A stretch of DNA of 64,000 bases from Ranitomeya imitator (GCF_032444005.1 NC_091286.1:87296001-87360000); one strand, 5' to 3'; positions 24,241 to 35,796 are shown, numbered from the stretch's first letter. Notes: generated by a model from the letters alone, not told the origin. Program-made: numbers and translations.

Positions 24241-25446
24241 CTCTTGTTAAATAGTGGTTAAATGGAACAACTGCATTTGGCGTACTAGTTGGTTTGGGGC
24301 CTACTAACAGTGTCTGCCGCTCCTTGCTGTTCTCCTGGTTTCCTGTCCTGAAATTCCATTTTCAGGCTCTCGTTAAGTAGTTGTTAATGTTAGACTGCAT
24401 TTGGCCTACTAGTTGGGTTGGGGCCTACTATCTGTGTCTGCCACTCCTTGCTGTTCTCCTCCACTGAACAAAGCTGTGCCGCCTGTTTACTACGGTTGCC
24501 AATTTTGAACTGCATTTCGACTACTTACTGATTTTGGCCTACTCTCTGTGTCAGCCTCTCATTCCAGTTGTCCTCCACTGCAATGCCCCCTGGTTAGTCC
24601 TGTGTTACCAATTTTGAACTGCATTTAGCCAACTTTATTCTTTGGGCCTATATCTGTGTTTCCTCCTCATCCTGCCCATTGCCCAGCCAGTGATAGATGA
24701 GTCTGCTGGTACATTGACCCATAACGCAACATTCCCCGTGCACGCTACACAACAAGATTGTGACCCTGCTGAAAGTCAGGTTCCTCTTCCCGCATACCAT
24801 ACCACCTTACACGGGGACAAAGAGGAAGGTGCAGATGAAAGTGCAGGTTCCTTCATCAGGTAGGGGAAGGAATACTAGTTGGCGACGTCACTGGCACAGG
24901 GCCTCTCATAGTATGCAAAAGTGTTGCTGCCGGTGGGAGGCGCCCCCGCCGTGCAAACACACCGCTGTACTTTGAGGGGCCCTGTGCCAGTGCCAATGCC
25001 AACGAGTGGGCCCCCCCTGCTTGCTCAGGATCACAGCACTTGCAAAGTTGAAATACTTACCTCTCCCTGCTCCACTGCCGTGACGTGGTCCAGATTTCCT
25101 GGGCCCACTAATTACTTGAACCAGCCCTACCCCCAACAACTTTAGCCAAATGACCCCCAATTTCAAATGCCTTCCAATTATTATAAGCTAAATCACGATT
25201 GACAAGCTTCTGTAACAAGAATGGATGTTTTTGCCATTAAAATGGGCAGTGTAGGTGTTTTCCTGGCCTCCACTCACTGCTGACTATGCTCCCCCATTGA
25301 CTTGCATTGGGTTTCGTGTTTCGGGCGATACCCGACTTTTCGCCATAATCGGCCGATTCCACTCGACTCGACTTCTAAGATAGTCGGGTTTCGCGAAACA
25401 CGACTCGACTCTAAAAAGGTCAAGGTCGCTCAACCCTAGTCATGAC

Positions 25447-26508
25447 TAGTGTTGAGCGATACCTTCCGATATCAGGAAATATCTGATCGGATTGGACCGG
25501 ACCGATACCCAAAAAGTATCGGATATCACCAATTCCAATTCCAACAGCCGCACAGCCAGCTCTTCCCTCTCCTAGTGTATCCTCACCCACCCCCTGCAGA
25601 CTGTGAGCCCTCGCGGGCAGGGTCCTCCCTCCTTATGTACTCATGTGCCTTGTTATCTGCTCATGTTTAATGTATTTGTCTATATTTGCCCCGTATTCAC
25701 ATGTAAAGCGCCATGGAATAAATGGCGCTATAAAAATGTATAATAATAATAATAATAATAATACCGGAAACCAATGCAAGTCAATGGGACACAAATATCG
25801 GAAAATTAAACCTTTTCTTTCCTTGTAGGTTAATTCTACATGAAGGAAAACAACTAAGAATAATGTAGAATGTATTGGGGGAGGTTTGCAAGCAATCTAG
25901 CTGTATACGGATGGAACCACACTAATAGGAGAAATCAGGAAAAATGAGCAGCACTAATGCAAAAAAGGACAATGTATGAGGCAGTGACGCACGCTGAGTG
26001 GACTACAACCGGAGGTGGCTGCAGAACACACTACAGCGTGAGCTGAACTCACACACAGAGACCTCGTAGACAGCCGTGAACAGCGCTGCAAGGCAAAAGA
26101 AAGCTTCTCACACAGCGGTTGCTAAAGTAGCCTGGGTAAAGTACAATAAAGCAAATCGCTAGCTCAAACTGTCCCTCAGAGTCAGAACAGCAGCATCCTG
26201 TCCCTATGTAAATTCACAGCAGAGTGAACCCAAAATGGCAGTGGCGGCTTTTATAGTGCATCATGACATCATTTCAGCAGCCAATCACAGCCATGCCATT
26301 AGTTAACATGCCTAACATGCCTAACAGGATGTGCCCACACTTCTTAGGATCCTCATTGGCTGAATAAAATCAAACTGGCTCATTGCATTATGGGAACTTC
26401 TGATTCCGGTATTCGATATTCTAAAAGTATCGAAACTCAGTATCGGAACTCTGATACAGCAAATATCAGTCAATACCCGATATTTCAGTATCGGAATGCT
26501 CAACACTA
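25447..26508 (-). mobile_element. Non-autonomous hAT (family B), directly abutting copy 1
   Basis: TIRs TAGTGTTGAGC / GCTCAACACTA, flanked by GTCATGAC and GTCACGCC. Promoter-like module on the minus strand at 26232-26359. Confidence 0.85.
25561..25762 (+). mobile_element. L2-type LINE/SINE 3' tail inserted in hAT B
   Basis: AGACTGTGAGCCCTCGCGGGCAGGG...TGTAAAGCGCCATGGAATAAATGGCGCTAT followed by (AAT)n. Confidence 0.65.
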
Positions 26509-27156
26509 GTCACGCCAGCAAAAATGAATTGTGACAATAGATGGCATCATGAGAAAAGAAGATTATATGGCAATACTGAATCAACATCTCAAGCCAGGAA
26601 CTTAAAGCAGCTTGAGTGGAAATAGGTCTTTCAAATGGGCAATGACCCAAAGCGTACTGCCAAAATAGTTTCAAAGTGGCTTGGCTTAAGGATAACAAAT
26701 AGCTAACTTACAAAAAAAACCTTATACAATATAACTTTTATTAAGTATTTCAATAAAATTTGCATTTACCCAAAACAAAGGTGAAATTGCAACATGCAAA
26801 AAATTATCAAAAAAGAGTACTAGGTAAAAAAGGACTAGAGTGAATAGGAGGTCGGCTAATATATTGTATAGAAAATTAGCCCTAAAGATTCCTAGCTACT
26901 TCAGTAGTACACTTGATGCAACCTACTGTCCTAAATTAAGTTGTCGTCCAGACACAGTTAACTCATAGACAGTAAAATCACTGGCAGAAGGCGAATTTAG
27001 CCATACAGTATATTCAAAGCCTCAACTATATACAGTAAGTAATGTAATTAATTCCCTTGGGAATATCGAAACCTACTCAATCTGCTACGACTAGGGATAG
27101 ATAATACTTTGGAGCCCCTTACTGCTGACAGTGTTAACAAATAAAAAATAACATAG

Positions 27157-28233
27157 AAATATAGTTATTAAGGTTGAAGGAAGACTTTAAGTCCATTTTG
27201 TTCAACCCATAGCCTAACCTAACATGCCCTAACATGTTGATCCAGAGGAAGGCAAAAAAAACCCATGTGGCAAAGAGTAAGCTCCACATCGGGGGAAAAA
27301 ATTCCTTCCTGACTCCACAAACGGCAATCAGACTAGTTCCCTGGATCAATGCCCTATCAAGGAAACTAGTGTATATACCCTGTAACATTATACTTTTCAA
27401 GAAAGGCATCCAGTCCCCTCTTAAATTTTAGTAAGGAATCACGCATTACAGCATCATGCGGCAGAGAGTTCCATAGTCTCACTGCTCTTACAGTAAAGAA
27501 TCCGCGTCTGTTATTATGCTTAAACCTTTTTTCCTCCAGATGCAGAGGATGCCCCCTTGTCCCTGTCTCAGGTCTATGAGTAAAAAGGTCATTAGAAAGG
27601 TCTCTGTACTGTCCCCTCATATATTTACACATTAAAAGAAGATCTCCCCTTAGCCTTCATTTTTCCAAACTAAATAACTCCAAGTGTAATAACCTATCTT
27701 GGTATTGCAGACCCCCCAGTCCTCTAATAACCTTGGTCGCTCTTCTCTGCACCCGTTCTAGTTCAGCTATGTCTTTCTTGTACATCGGAGACAAGAACTG
27801 TGCACAGTATTCTAAGTGTGGTCGAACTAGTGACTTGTATAAAGGTAAAATTATGTTCTCCTCATGAGCATCTATGCCTCTTTTAATGCATCCCATTATT
27901 TTATTTGCCTTTGTAGCAGCTGCCTGACACTGGCCACTAAATGTGAGTCTGTCATCCACCCATACACCCAGGACTTTTTGACGGATTTGCCCAGTGTTTT
28001 ACAAATAAGCACATAATTATATATCTTATTTGTTCTACCCAAGTGCATGACCTTACATTTATCCCCATTAAAGCTCATTTGCCATTTATCAGCCCAAGCT
28101 TCTAGTTTACATAAATCATCCTGTAATATAAAATTGTCCTCCTCTGTATTGATTACCCTGCAGAGTTTAGTGTCATCTGCAAATATTGAAATTCTTCTCT
28201 GTATGCCCCTTACAAGGTCATTCATAAATATGT
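27157..28233 (-). pseudogene. 5'-truncated CR1 LINE (RT C-terminus plus 3' UTR)
   Basis: IFADDTKLCR, KCKVMHLGR, LYKSLVRPHLEYCAQF and LERVQRRATK motifs in frameshifted ORFs. Confidence 0.92.
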
Positions 28234-28236
28234 TAA

Positions 28237-28450
28237 GGCTAGGTTCAGATTGCGTTAGGGAATTCCGTTTAGCGCTATGTGCTAGCGGATTGCGCTAACG
28301 CAATGTCTTTTTCGGGGTCACGTTTAACGTCCCCGCTAGCGCAGATCCCCGATCTGCGAGAGCGGGGAACAGATCTCGGCACGCCGCGGACGCTGCAAGC
28401 AGCGTCCGAGGAGCGTCACAAAACACCGGCACATTGCTAGCGTATGCCAA
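28237..28450. mobile_element. Truncated Harbinger MITE (same family as 7415-7781)
   Basis: TAA-GGCTAGGTTCAGATTGCGTT start and internal similarity to the 7415 copy. No right TIR. Confidence 0.75.
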
Positions 28451-28620
28451 AAATTATCAGCTCATAAATGAGTTAAGCAAGAGCACTTTAACTATCCCAG
28501 AGCAAATGCAGATAAGTCACATGGCCTGCGCAAGGCAGGAACGAGCTAACAACAATATAGAATGAAAAGCTTATTTGTTCAGATGTGTAGATACAGGCAT
28601 GGTAAGTGTTGCCAAATAGA

Positions 28621-28661
28621 ATCTCAACGCGTTTCTCTCATGACTGGGTTCATCTGGAGAT
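28621..28661 (-). ncRNA. Degenerate hammerhead motif (probably inactive)
   Basis: AUCUC-CAGAUGA-A-...-GAAA-CGCG-UU-GAGAU. The core U4 is changed to A and helix II is poorly paired. Confidence 0.55.
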
Positions 28662-29742
28662 GTACAGATATTAGCACACGGCAGAGGATCAACGTCCTTT
28701 AGATGAGGCTGCTGCAGCCTTCACCCTGGTTTCCCCCATATAAATACCTATGCGTGCACCTGTCATAATGATACACTTCCTTGTCAAAGGTCACAGTGTC
28801 CATAGGGGAAATATGTCCCCGGTCACTGAACTGCGTATGTCAGGAAAACCTGGACACTAGAGGCCGGATTGACTGGGTATGCAGCCAAACAGATCCAGAC
28901 AAGGCGACTGCTCAAGCTTCGGAGGTCATTCAGTGAATCTCGCCTCCTATCTATTAAGGATATCAAAGTCAAAGTTTTGCAGTGGCCATCACCAAGCTCT
29001 GATGTCAGTCCTACTGAAAATTTAAGGCCAAAGCTGAAAAGGTAGATGGGAGCAAGGCGAAATGCAAACCTGGATCAGTTACACCAACAAAGTCAATGTT
29101 TTGAAGTGGCCATCACAAAGCCCTGATCTCTATCCAATTGAAAATGCATGGGAAAAGCTGAAAAGGCAGGTGTGAGCAAGGCGACCTGCAAACCAGGATC
29201 AGTTACACCAGTTTTTTCTGGAGGAATGGGCCCAAATTCTGACCAACTATTGTGAGAAGCTTGTGGAAGGATATCCCAAACATTTGACCCAAGTCACTCA
29301 GTTAAAGGGCAATGGTACCAAATACTAATGAAATGAAATTTTGACTTTGCAGTAAGTAAGAAAAATGCCTTAAAGCATTCTCTCTCTCTCTCTCATTATT
29401 CTGGCATTTGGCAAATATTAATAATTATAGTAATCCTAACTGACCTAAAACAGGTTTATTCAGATTTCATGTCCGATGTTGGGAAAAACATGCATATGCA
29501 TCTTTTTTAAATAGTATAAGTAAATTTCTAGTTTCAATTGTAAATTATTTCTGTAGTCTTTGGTCAAAATATTGTTTCAGGACCACTGATGGTTAGAACA
29601 GTTACAGCAGTTATAGTATGTACAGAGATACTTAGTACAACTGCTATACATCTATTTCAGCATTCATACAGTATTATTATATTGCTGACTTATATAGTGC
29701 CATCATATTCCATGGTGCTTTACAGTCATTATCATTACTGTC

Positions 29743-30828
29743 TGAGTCGCCCACCAGGGCCGTGGAGTACTCGGTACCGAGTCCGGTCGCACTTAAAGGG
29801 GATGTCACGGTGGCTGTGACCCGGTTCGTGGCCCTGAGAGCCCAATTAAAGGGGGAACGGTTTTTTAAGGGATTTGTATTAAAGTTTGTGCTCGTGACGC
29901 CACCTGTGGTTCTCGGACAGTAGGGACTGACGCTGCCTAAAAGGGTCCTCTGGGGTGATGTAACTGCAGCATAGATGGTAACGCTTCATGCAGGTGAAGC
30001 GGGGTACCCAGGGTTCCCGGTGTGCTGGGTGGAGATGGTGTATGCCGGCAAATAAATGGAGGACAGAGAGTTGTAACGTCTTTACCTGGTTTACTGATGG
30101 TAGCAGTCCAGGGTACTAGGAACAGGTGGTGATGTGGTCCGGCCAGCCTGGAGTCAAAGGTGATCCCTCTCCCAGGTGAGGTCCGTAAGCCTTCCTACTG
30201 GTGCTTGTATGCAAGGTCCTTGCTGCCTGTGGCTTCCATACAAAGTCCTCTCTCTCCTGTCCTGGGACAGTTACCTGTATGATGGGCAGTGTGAGCCTTT
30301 TTATAGGGTCTCTATCATGACTCGGGCTCCTAGTATACTGCTGCACCTTCAGGTGTGGGTGCAGACAAATTACATAAAGTCCTATGCCCTCCGGTTCTGC
30401 AGTGTGACCTGGAGTACAACAAAGCCTCGGGCTCCCGTTGCCCAGTTCCTGTGCTTCGGCTCTGAGGGTGCCTGGTCACAGTTCCCCTCTGAGCCCCTTT
30501 CCTTCTCCTGTGCTTTTTTCCTCAGATGCTTCACTACATTCGACCCCTCGGGTTCACTTCCTTTCCTGGAGCTGTAGCTCAGTCCTGGCTGCACGGCTCC
30601 TCTCCCTTTACTGTCTGCTCCAAACTGTTTAACTCCTCCTCCAGACCAGAACGCTTAAAGCTCTCCTGAATCCGGGTTCAGAGCTCCCCCTTCTGGCTTG
30701 GATTCAGAATGTGTTGTATGTAGGTGCGTTACCTGGTTAAAGGAATCCTCCTTGCCTCCAAGCATGATATCGCCCTCCCCGAAAGGAAGGCAACATCACT
30801 GTAACAATCGGTTACCTGGGGTGTTACA
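29743..30828. mobile_element. Solo LTR (inverted relative to 44098-45196)
   Basis: TGAGTC...GTGTTACA termini with a 5-bp TSD CTGTC. Colinear with the 44098 copy in reverse. Confidence 0.85.
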
Positions 30829-31830
30829 CTGTCCCCTATAGTTACCGTTTTCCTGTGTAACTTGGAATCAGTGCTACGTTCGAAGTACAACATAAACAAT
30901 ACAAAAGTCACCCACTCCAGGTTTTGGCTTACAAATACTGGTGTAAAATACTGACCAAATACTGATAGTTTGAACGTGGCCTTAGTCTGATGTAGTAGTG
31001 ACTTTGACATGTTTGAGCTGGAAGCCATGTTTGGAGACTAGAGTCACACCCAAGCCCTTACATTAAATGTCCATGTTACTGCACAAATTTCATAAAGAAG
31101 AAACATTTTCTTAGGTCAGTTGATATTACTACTTGACATGTGTCTCATCCTTTTGATCAGGGCAGTCAGTTATTACAACATTTATTAACAGCTACATCCA
31201 TTATAAATGCACATTACGACCTAAGTTATGAACGTCTGTAAGGTATAGAAATAATGTATCATTCATTAAGAATTTATTAAATTGAGGTCAGTACAATGTT
31301 AATAATTTAGCACACTTTTTTATTGATAACTATATTGATTTCAAGATACAAAATAAACAAACATTTGTTAAATTGACTCCATTATTCACATTACTGAGAA
31401 AGCTCACGTCATGCGTATGTGGAGTTTTATCGGGGCATAAATCGACTTAATATGAATATTGCTTTTTATACAGTATGTAGTATAAAGTAATAGGTTAAAT
31501 CAGGAGGGGTCAGAGAAAGTTCCCTCTGATGGAAACCTGACGTGATATATGCTGACCAAATCATAGACAGCAGGTAATAGTCGCACTGTGCACCAGTTGT
31601 ACATGCGAGTCCACTGCAGCGTCTCTCCACCCACTCACAGTGACTGACATGTCTCTGCTGTTCTAAATCATGTGGCTGCATTCCTGTGATAACTCTTATT
31701 GTGCCTGCTTCAAGTGGTGTTTGCTACTTTTTTATAACTGTTATGCGCCTTTCTGGGAGGCTTCTCTGTGGACCCCACATATGTTTGTCGAGTCTATTAG
31801 TGTCTCATATCTCTTTGTTTTATGAAAATA

Positions 31831-33560
31831 CACTCCTAAACATTGAAACACCAAGAAGGAATAGTTATGGAATTATGGAAATCATGCGATCAACAGACAT
31901 ACAGTTAATGATATGCAAATGATGAAAAAAAATGAAAAAAATTTGTTTTGAAACACATTGATTTATTTAGCATCAAGTAGGAAAGTCTGATAGGTGCCAG
32001 AATTCTCCCGCTGCACAGGGTAGATCCCAAGCCTTGCCTGCATCTGCGGTCTCCTATTCAGCTTTGGCCGCTTTGGGTGCTGCTGATCATAGACATCGGT
32101 CCCATCATCTTACTCAGGCTCATGCTGTTCGTCTGGTTGCTGCTGGCTCTTCAGCCAAGGATTTGGTAACCGGCGGTAGGCAGCAACAAGCGAATGCTCT
32201 GGAGACTAAGACCTGAAATCCCCCTACTGAGCATGCTCGTGATGTGACGATGTCTCATTGGTGGTTGGCCATCAGCTGCTCTGATGATGTGGCTGCTCCA
32301 GATTGGCCAGTGTGCAAGGTCCTGTCCTACTGGACATGAACTGAACATATAAAAGGGTCTCAGAGGCACACGCGTGCGCGCTAGTGTCAACCACTTTCCA
32401 TGTGTGAATGAGACTTTGCAACAGTGTGGTTTTTGTCAGCATGTGCTCAGGTAAGTCGTTAGAATTTCAGCACCTCCGGAGAGGAATTTGTCTGTATGGA
32501 TTGAGGGTTGGCGTCTAGTCATTAGAATTCCGGTACCTCTGGAGAGGAGTTGGTTGAGTGCTTTTGCTGACTGTGTGACCACTGTTTGCTATTTAGGCCA
32601 TTAGTGGGCTTCGCTCCCCTGTAAGATTAACAGGGATCGTATCTAGCGTTATATCTATTCTGTTTCTGTGTGCGAGTGACACAGCTCTATAGCAGAGCAT
32701 CTATTCTGTTTCTTCGTGCGAGTGACACAGCTTTGTGTGCTGTTCCCTGAGTGAGGTTTAACTCAATGCGAGCTAGCAATTGCCCTATGTGTGTTCCGCC
32801 ATTGTACACATTAGCTGCAGTTTTACATCTCTGCACTGTGGACCCCGGGATGCGATTGCACTTCTTTATTAAATGTATTTAGTGCAATCCACCAACCCTA
32901 AAAGGGTCACCTCAAATAAATGCACTTACACACTTTTGCTGCTATCATTGAGTCTATCAATAGTTGGCTGAAGATTTTTTCATTACTCTTAATGTACTTC
33001 GACATTCAAATCAACAAGAACCACTACAATGGTTGGCCGAGGAGTTTTGCACCATGCTCAATGCAACTGGATATGCAAATCATCAAAAACCGTTCCTGGC
33101 AGCTCTTGTTGCAATTGCTGATCTATGATGTTTCAAATGTGTTCGATGGTAGAGAAGTGTTGAAAAGTCACAGGTCATGTTAAACTAGTGATCTTATTAC
33201 TATTTCTGTACATTATGCCCACCCCACATCATAATCTCGGTAGTAGGACCAGTGTGAGAGTCCCTCATCCATGACGTTGCCCGCATGGTCTCCAGATGGA
33301 GACCAGAAGCTTCAATTGAGAAATGGGGGCTGGAATGGAGGTCTATATTCTTTAAGAATGAGTCCCGCTTTGTCTTGGATGCAATGTTAACAGAGATTTA
33401 TATGGAAATCATGTGGACAACACCATGAAGAGGCTTTCACGAGAGAACATCACATCAATCCTACTACAGGGACTTTGGTGTGGGGTGGGCATAATGTATG
33501 GTAGCCAAACACCTTATGTCTTCATTCTAGGTACACTAACAGCTGAGTAAAACAGAATAG
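31831..33560. mobile_element. Degraded Tc1 fragments, head-to-head (minus ~31831-33300, plus ~33300-33560)
   Basis: TA-CACTCC terminus. Minus strand PIEHI*NIIDQQLQ; plus strand WRSIFFKNESRF...WGGIMYGSQTP..GTLTAE. Confidence 0.6.
31988..32903 (+). mobile_element. Solo LTR of the same family as 407-1242
   Basis: TGATAGGTGCC...CCCTAAAA, colinear with the reverse complement of 407-1242. TSD degraded. Confidence 0.75.
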
Positions 33561-33572
33561 AATATTCAGCAC

Positions 33573-33883
33573 TAGGGTTGAGCAAAACGGGTCGGTAATA
33601 TTCAGAAGTCGCCGACTTTTGGCAAGGTCGGGTTTCATGAAACCCGACCCGACCCCAGTGTGGGGTCGGCCATGAAGTCGGCGATCTTCAGAATCTGGAA
33701 TCGGAATTCCGATACCGATTCCCGATATGTTTAAGATATCGGGAATTGGTATCGGAATTCAGATTTAAGTGTAAAATAAAGAATAAAAATAAAAAATATC
33801 GCAATACTTACCCTCTGACGCGCCCTGGTACTAACCGGGAACCTTCCTTTCTTCGAATCAGCGCTTTCAGGACCTTCGGTGAC
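33573..33883 (+). mobile_element. Left end of a hAT-family MITE, cut off by the PLE cluster
   Basis: Starts TAGGGTTGAGCAAAACGGGTCG with the same terminal ~100 bp as the large hATs. No right end found. Confidence 0.75.
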
Positions 33884-35796
33884 TATGTAACAAAAAAGAA
33901 AAGCATTACTGCAAAAATACGCACTCCATCAAAGAATACAAACAAAATAAATAAAATAAATAGACTGATTTTATTAACAGATCAAAAAAACACACTACAA
34001 AACGATAAAAACACAATTAAAAACAAGTAGACAACATCACAACAACACAGGTGATAAAGACCATACCTAGATGTAATAAGGCGACTAAACACAGACCAAT
34101 TGGCTCATGGGGTAGATGCGCTAGTAATGCCTAGAAAAAATCAAAAAATCGTGCCATATAGGTCCCTAAAGAACCAATCAAAACAAAAAAAAACAAACAA
34201 AAAAAAAATAAGGCACAAGGATTTAATCTATAACAATAAAAATAGGCAAGATATGAGCCAAAGAAAGGGCTGAGAAGCCACCAATATACAATAATATCAC
34301 TAGATATTTAAAGCATAAATAGGAGGAAACCCCCCATAGTAATACAACCTGGTGGTACGATGTCCCCACGCGTATCGCCTGGCAGACCAGGCTTCGTCAG
34401 GGAAGGTGCCAGTTGAGCTGTCTATCAGCCTTAAATACTATTAACAGATTAACCTAATCCAGTTCCGGTGTGGGCCGGCGACATGAGGTAGGAGGACCAT
34501 AAACAACTGGGAAACAAGTTGCAGGAGAGGTAAGGATAGAGCGCCAACACCCAACATCAGCAGGCGTGCAATTAGCAGGTAAACATAAGCACATAGGAAA
34601 CAAGCCGCAGAAATGACTCACATAGAGCGCCACAGCGCATAACGTCAGCAAGCGTCCAAGAGATGGTAACCAAGGCGCAAAGCGCCTGCGCCGATGACTA
34701 GCGAGCCGGAGTGAGCCGCGCGTGCGCAAAGAGCCCCAAAGGGATAACAGAGGAAAAATAACCAAGGCGCATGGCGCCTGCGCCGATGAATAGAGACCCA
34801 GAATAGACCACACATGCGCAAAGACCACAAAGGAATAGCAGATATGGCAACATGCCATATCAAAAAACCGACCATATTATATGATAACACATTCAAAAAT
34901 AATAGAGACAATAAGACAATATAAGGACTGAAAAGGTGTATATGTAAGAAATAAATAAAAATACAACCCATGAGCCAATGAACTTTATAAAGTCTAATGA
35001 GCGCACCCCTTGAGCCAGACCTAGGTGTAGGTGGAAACCAAAATATAAGGGAAAAAATCCCTCTATAAAAGGCAAACAACTAGGAGTAAAGACACATATC
35101 CAAATGGAACAAAAGAAATGTGTAAGCACATGATAACAATAAAGATGCCACCGACAGCGGACATCAACCAAGCTGTAAAGAGTGACCCAATGACCACTTG
35201 TCCTAAGCGGGGAACACGGCTCCAGCCAAAATGTGCTAATCCCGAAAGCAGGAAGTCAACCGAGGAATCCAGGGAATAGCAGTTCTTCATTGAGGCATGC
35301 AGGGGTGATAGAACCAAGGTTAAAAATCCATTTAGATTCCATCCGTAAAACAAGTTGTCTATACTCCCCACCTCTATTAGACATATGAATCCTATCTAAA
35401 CCAATGACCCTAGTGTTGGTGACCTGACCTCCATGTTGGGACAGAAAATGGGACGCCACCGGGGTGAGCACTTTACCCTTCAGGGAGTCAGTTCGTGCCA
35501 AATTAATGGTAGAAAAGTGTTTTTGTATGCGGCGCCTAAGCTCCTGAGATGTCTGGCCGACATACACACGTTGGCAGGGGCAAATGATGGCATAAATGAC
35601 AAGAGTGGTTCTACAATTAATATAGGATCGTAACCTGTGTCTACTCCGGTCCGTAGGATTCACACAAAAAATCCTTCGTTGGACACATGTAAGAACAAAT
35701 ATTGCAGTTGCCACATGCAAAGGAACCATGGAGCTCAATACCCCGATGCAACCTGACTGTCTGCCGCCTATAGTGACTATTGGTCAGGAGATCCCT
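33884..35796 (-). mobile_element. 5'-truncated Penelope-like element (family 2): Cys-linker plus GIY-YIG remnant and full 3' UTR
   Basis: RDLLTNSHY...ACGNCNICSYM, then (frameshift) VIYAIICPCQRVYVGQTSQELRRRIQKH...ESKWIFNLGSITPACLNEE (stop at 35256). A ~1.4-kb UTR with a hammerhead-like motif and T-rich end follows. Confidence 0.9.
34363..34404 (-). ncRNA. Hammerhead-like motif with non-canonical core (GAUA for GAAA; G at the cleavage site)
   Basis: UUCC-CUGACGA-A-GCCUGG(UCUG)CCAGGC-GAUA-CGCG-UG-GGGA. Confidence 0.6.

Larger units (their letters stand above)
15056..25438 (+). mobile_element. Full-length hAT DNA transposon, copy 1 (10.4 kb)
   Basis: TIRs TAGGGTTGAGCG / CGCTCAACCCTA with a perfect 8-bp TSD GTCATGAC (15048-15055, 25439-25446). 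Encodes a transposase. Confidence 0.95.
10968..26536 (-). mobile_element. Internally deleted chromoviral Gypsy provirus inserted into the Tc1
   Basis: 3' LTR at 10968-11621; 5' LTR at 14420-15055 plus 26509-26536 (split by hATs). 5-bp TSD ATAAA/ATAGA. PPT and chromodomain end (GPEAPC) near 11625-11800; integrase C-terminus at 12640-12840. Confidence 0.85.
26700..28953 (-). mobile_element. Old non-coding PLE-type insertion, itself interrupted by a CR1 and a MITE
   Basis: Flanked by 14-bp TTAAGGATAACAAA (26686-26699) and TTAAGGATATCAAA (28954-28967). T-rich 3' end on the minus strand and a degenerate hammerhead at 28621-28661. Confidence 0.6.
10173..29540 (+). mobile_element. Tc1/mariner element (pieces at 10173-10967, 26537-26699, 28954-29540) split by nested insertions
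   Basis: TA-CAGTTGAAAC and GTTTCAATTG-TA ends with ~200-bp imperfect TIRs. The transposase reads GKSQEISHQIRKRTVDLHKS...GTGALQK | IDGIMRKEDY...FQMGNDPK..KDNK | [18 protein letters not shown]...GNGTKY* across the junctions. Confidence 0.9.
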
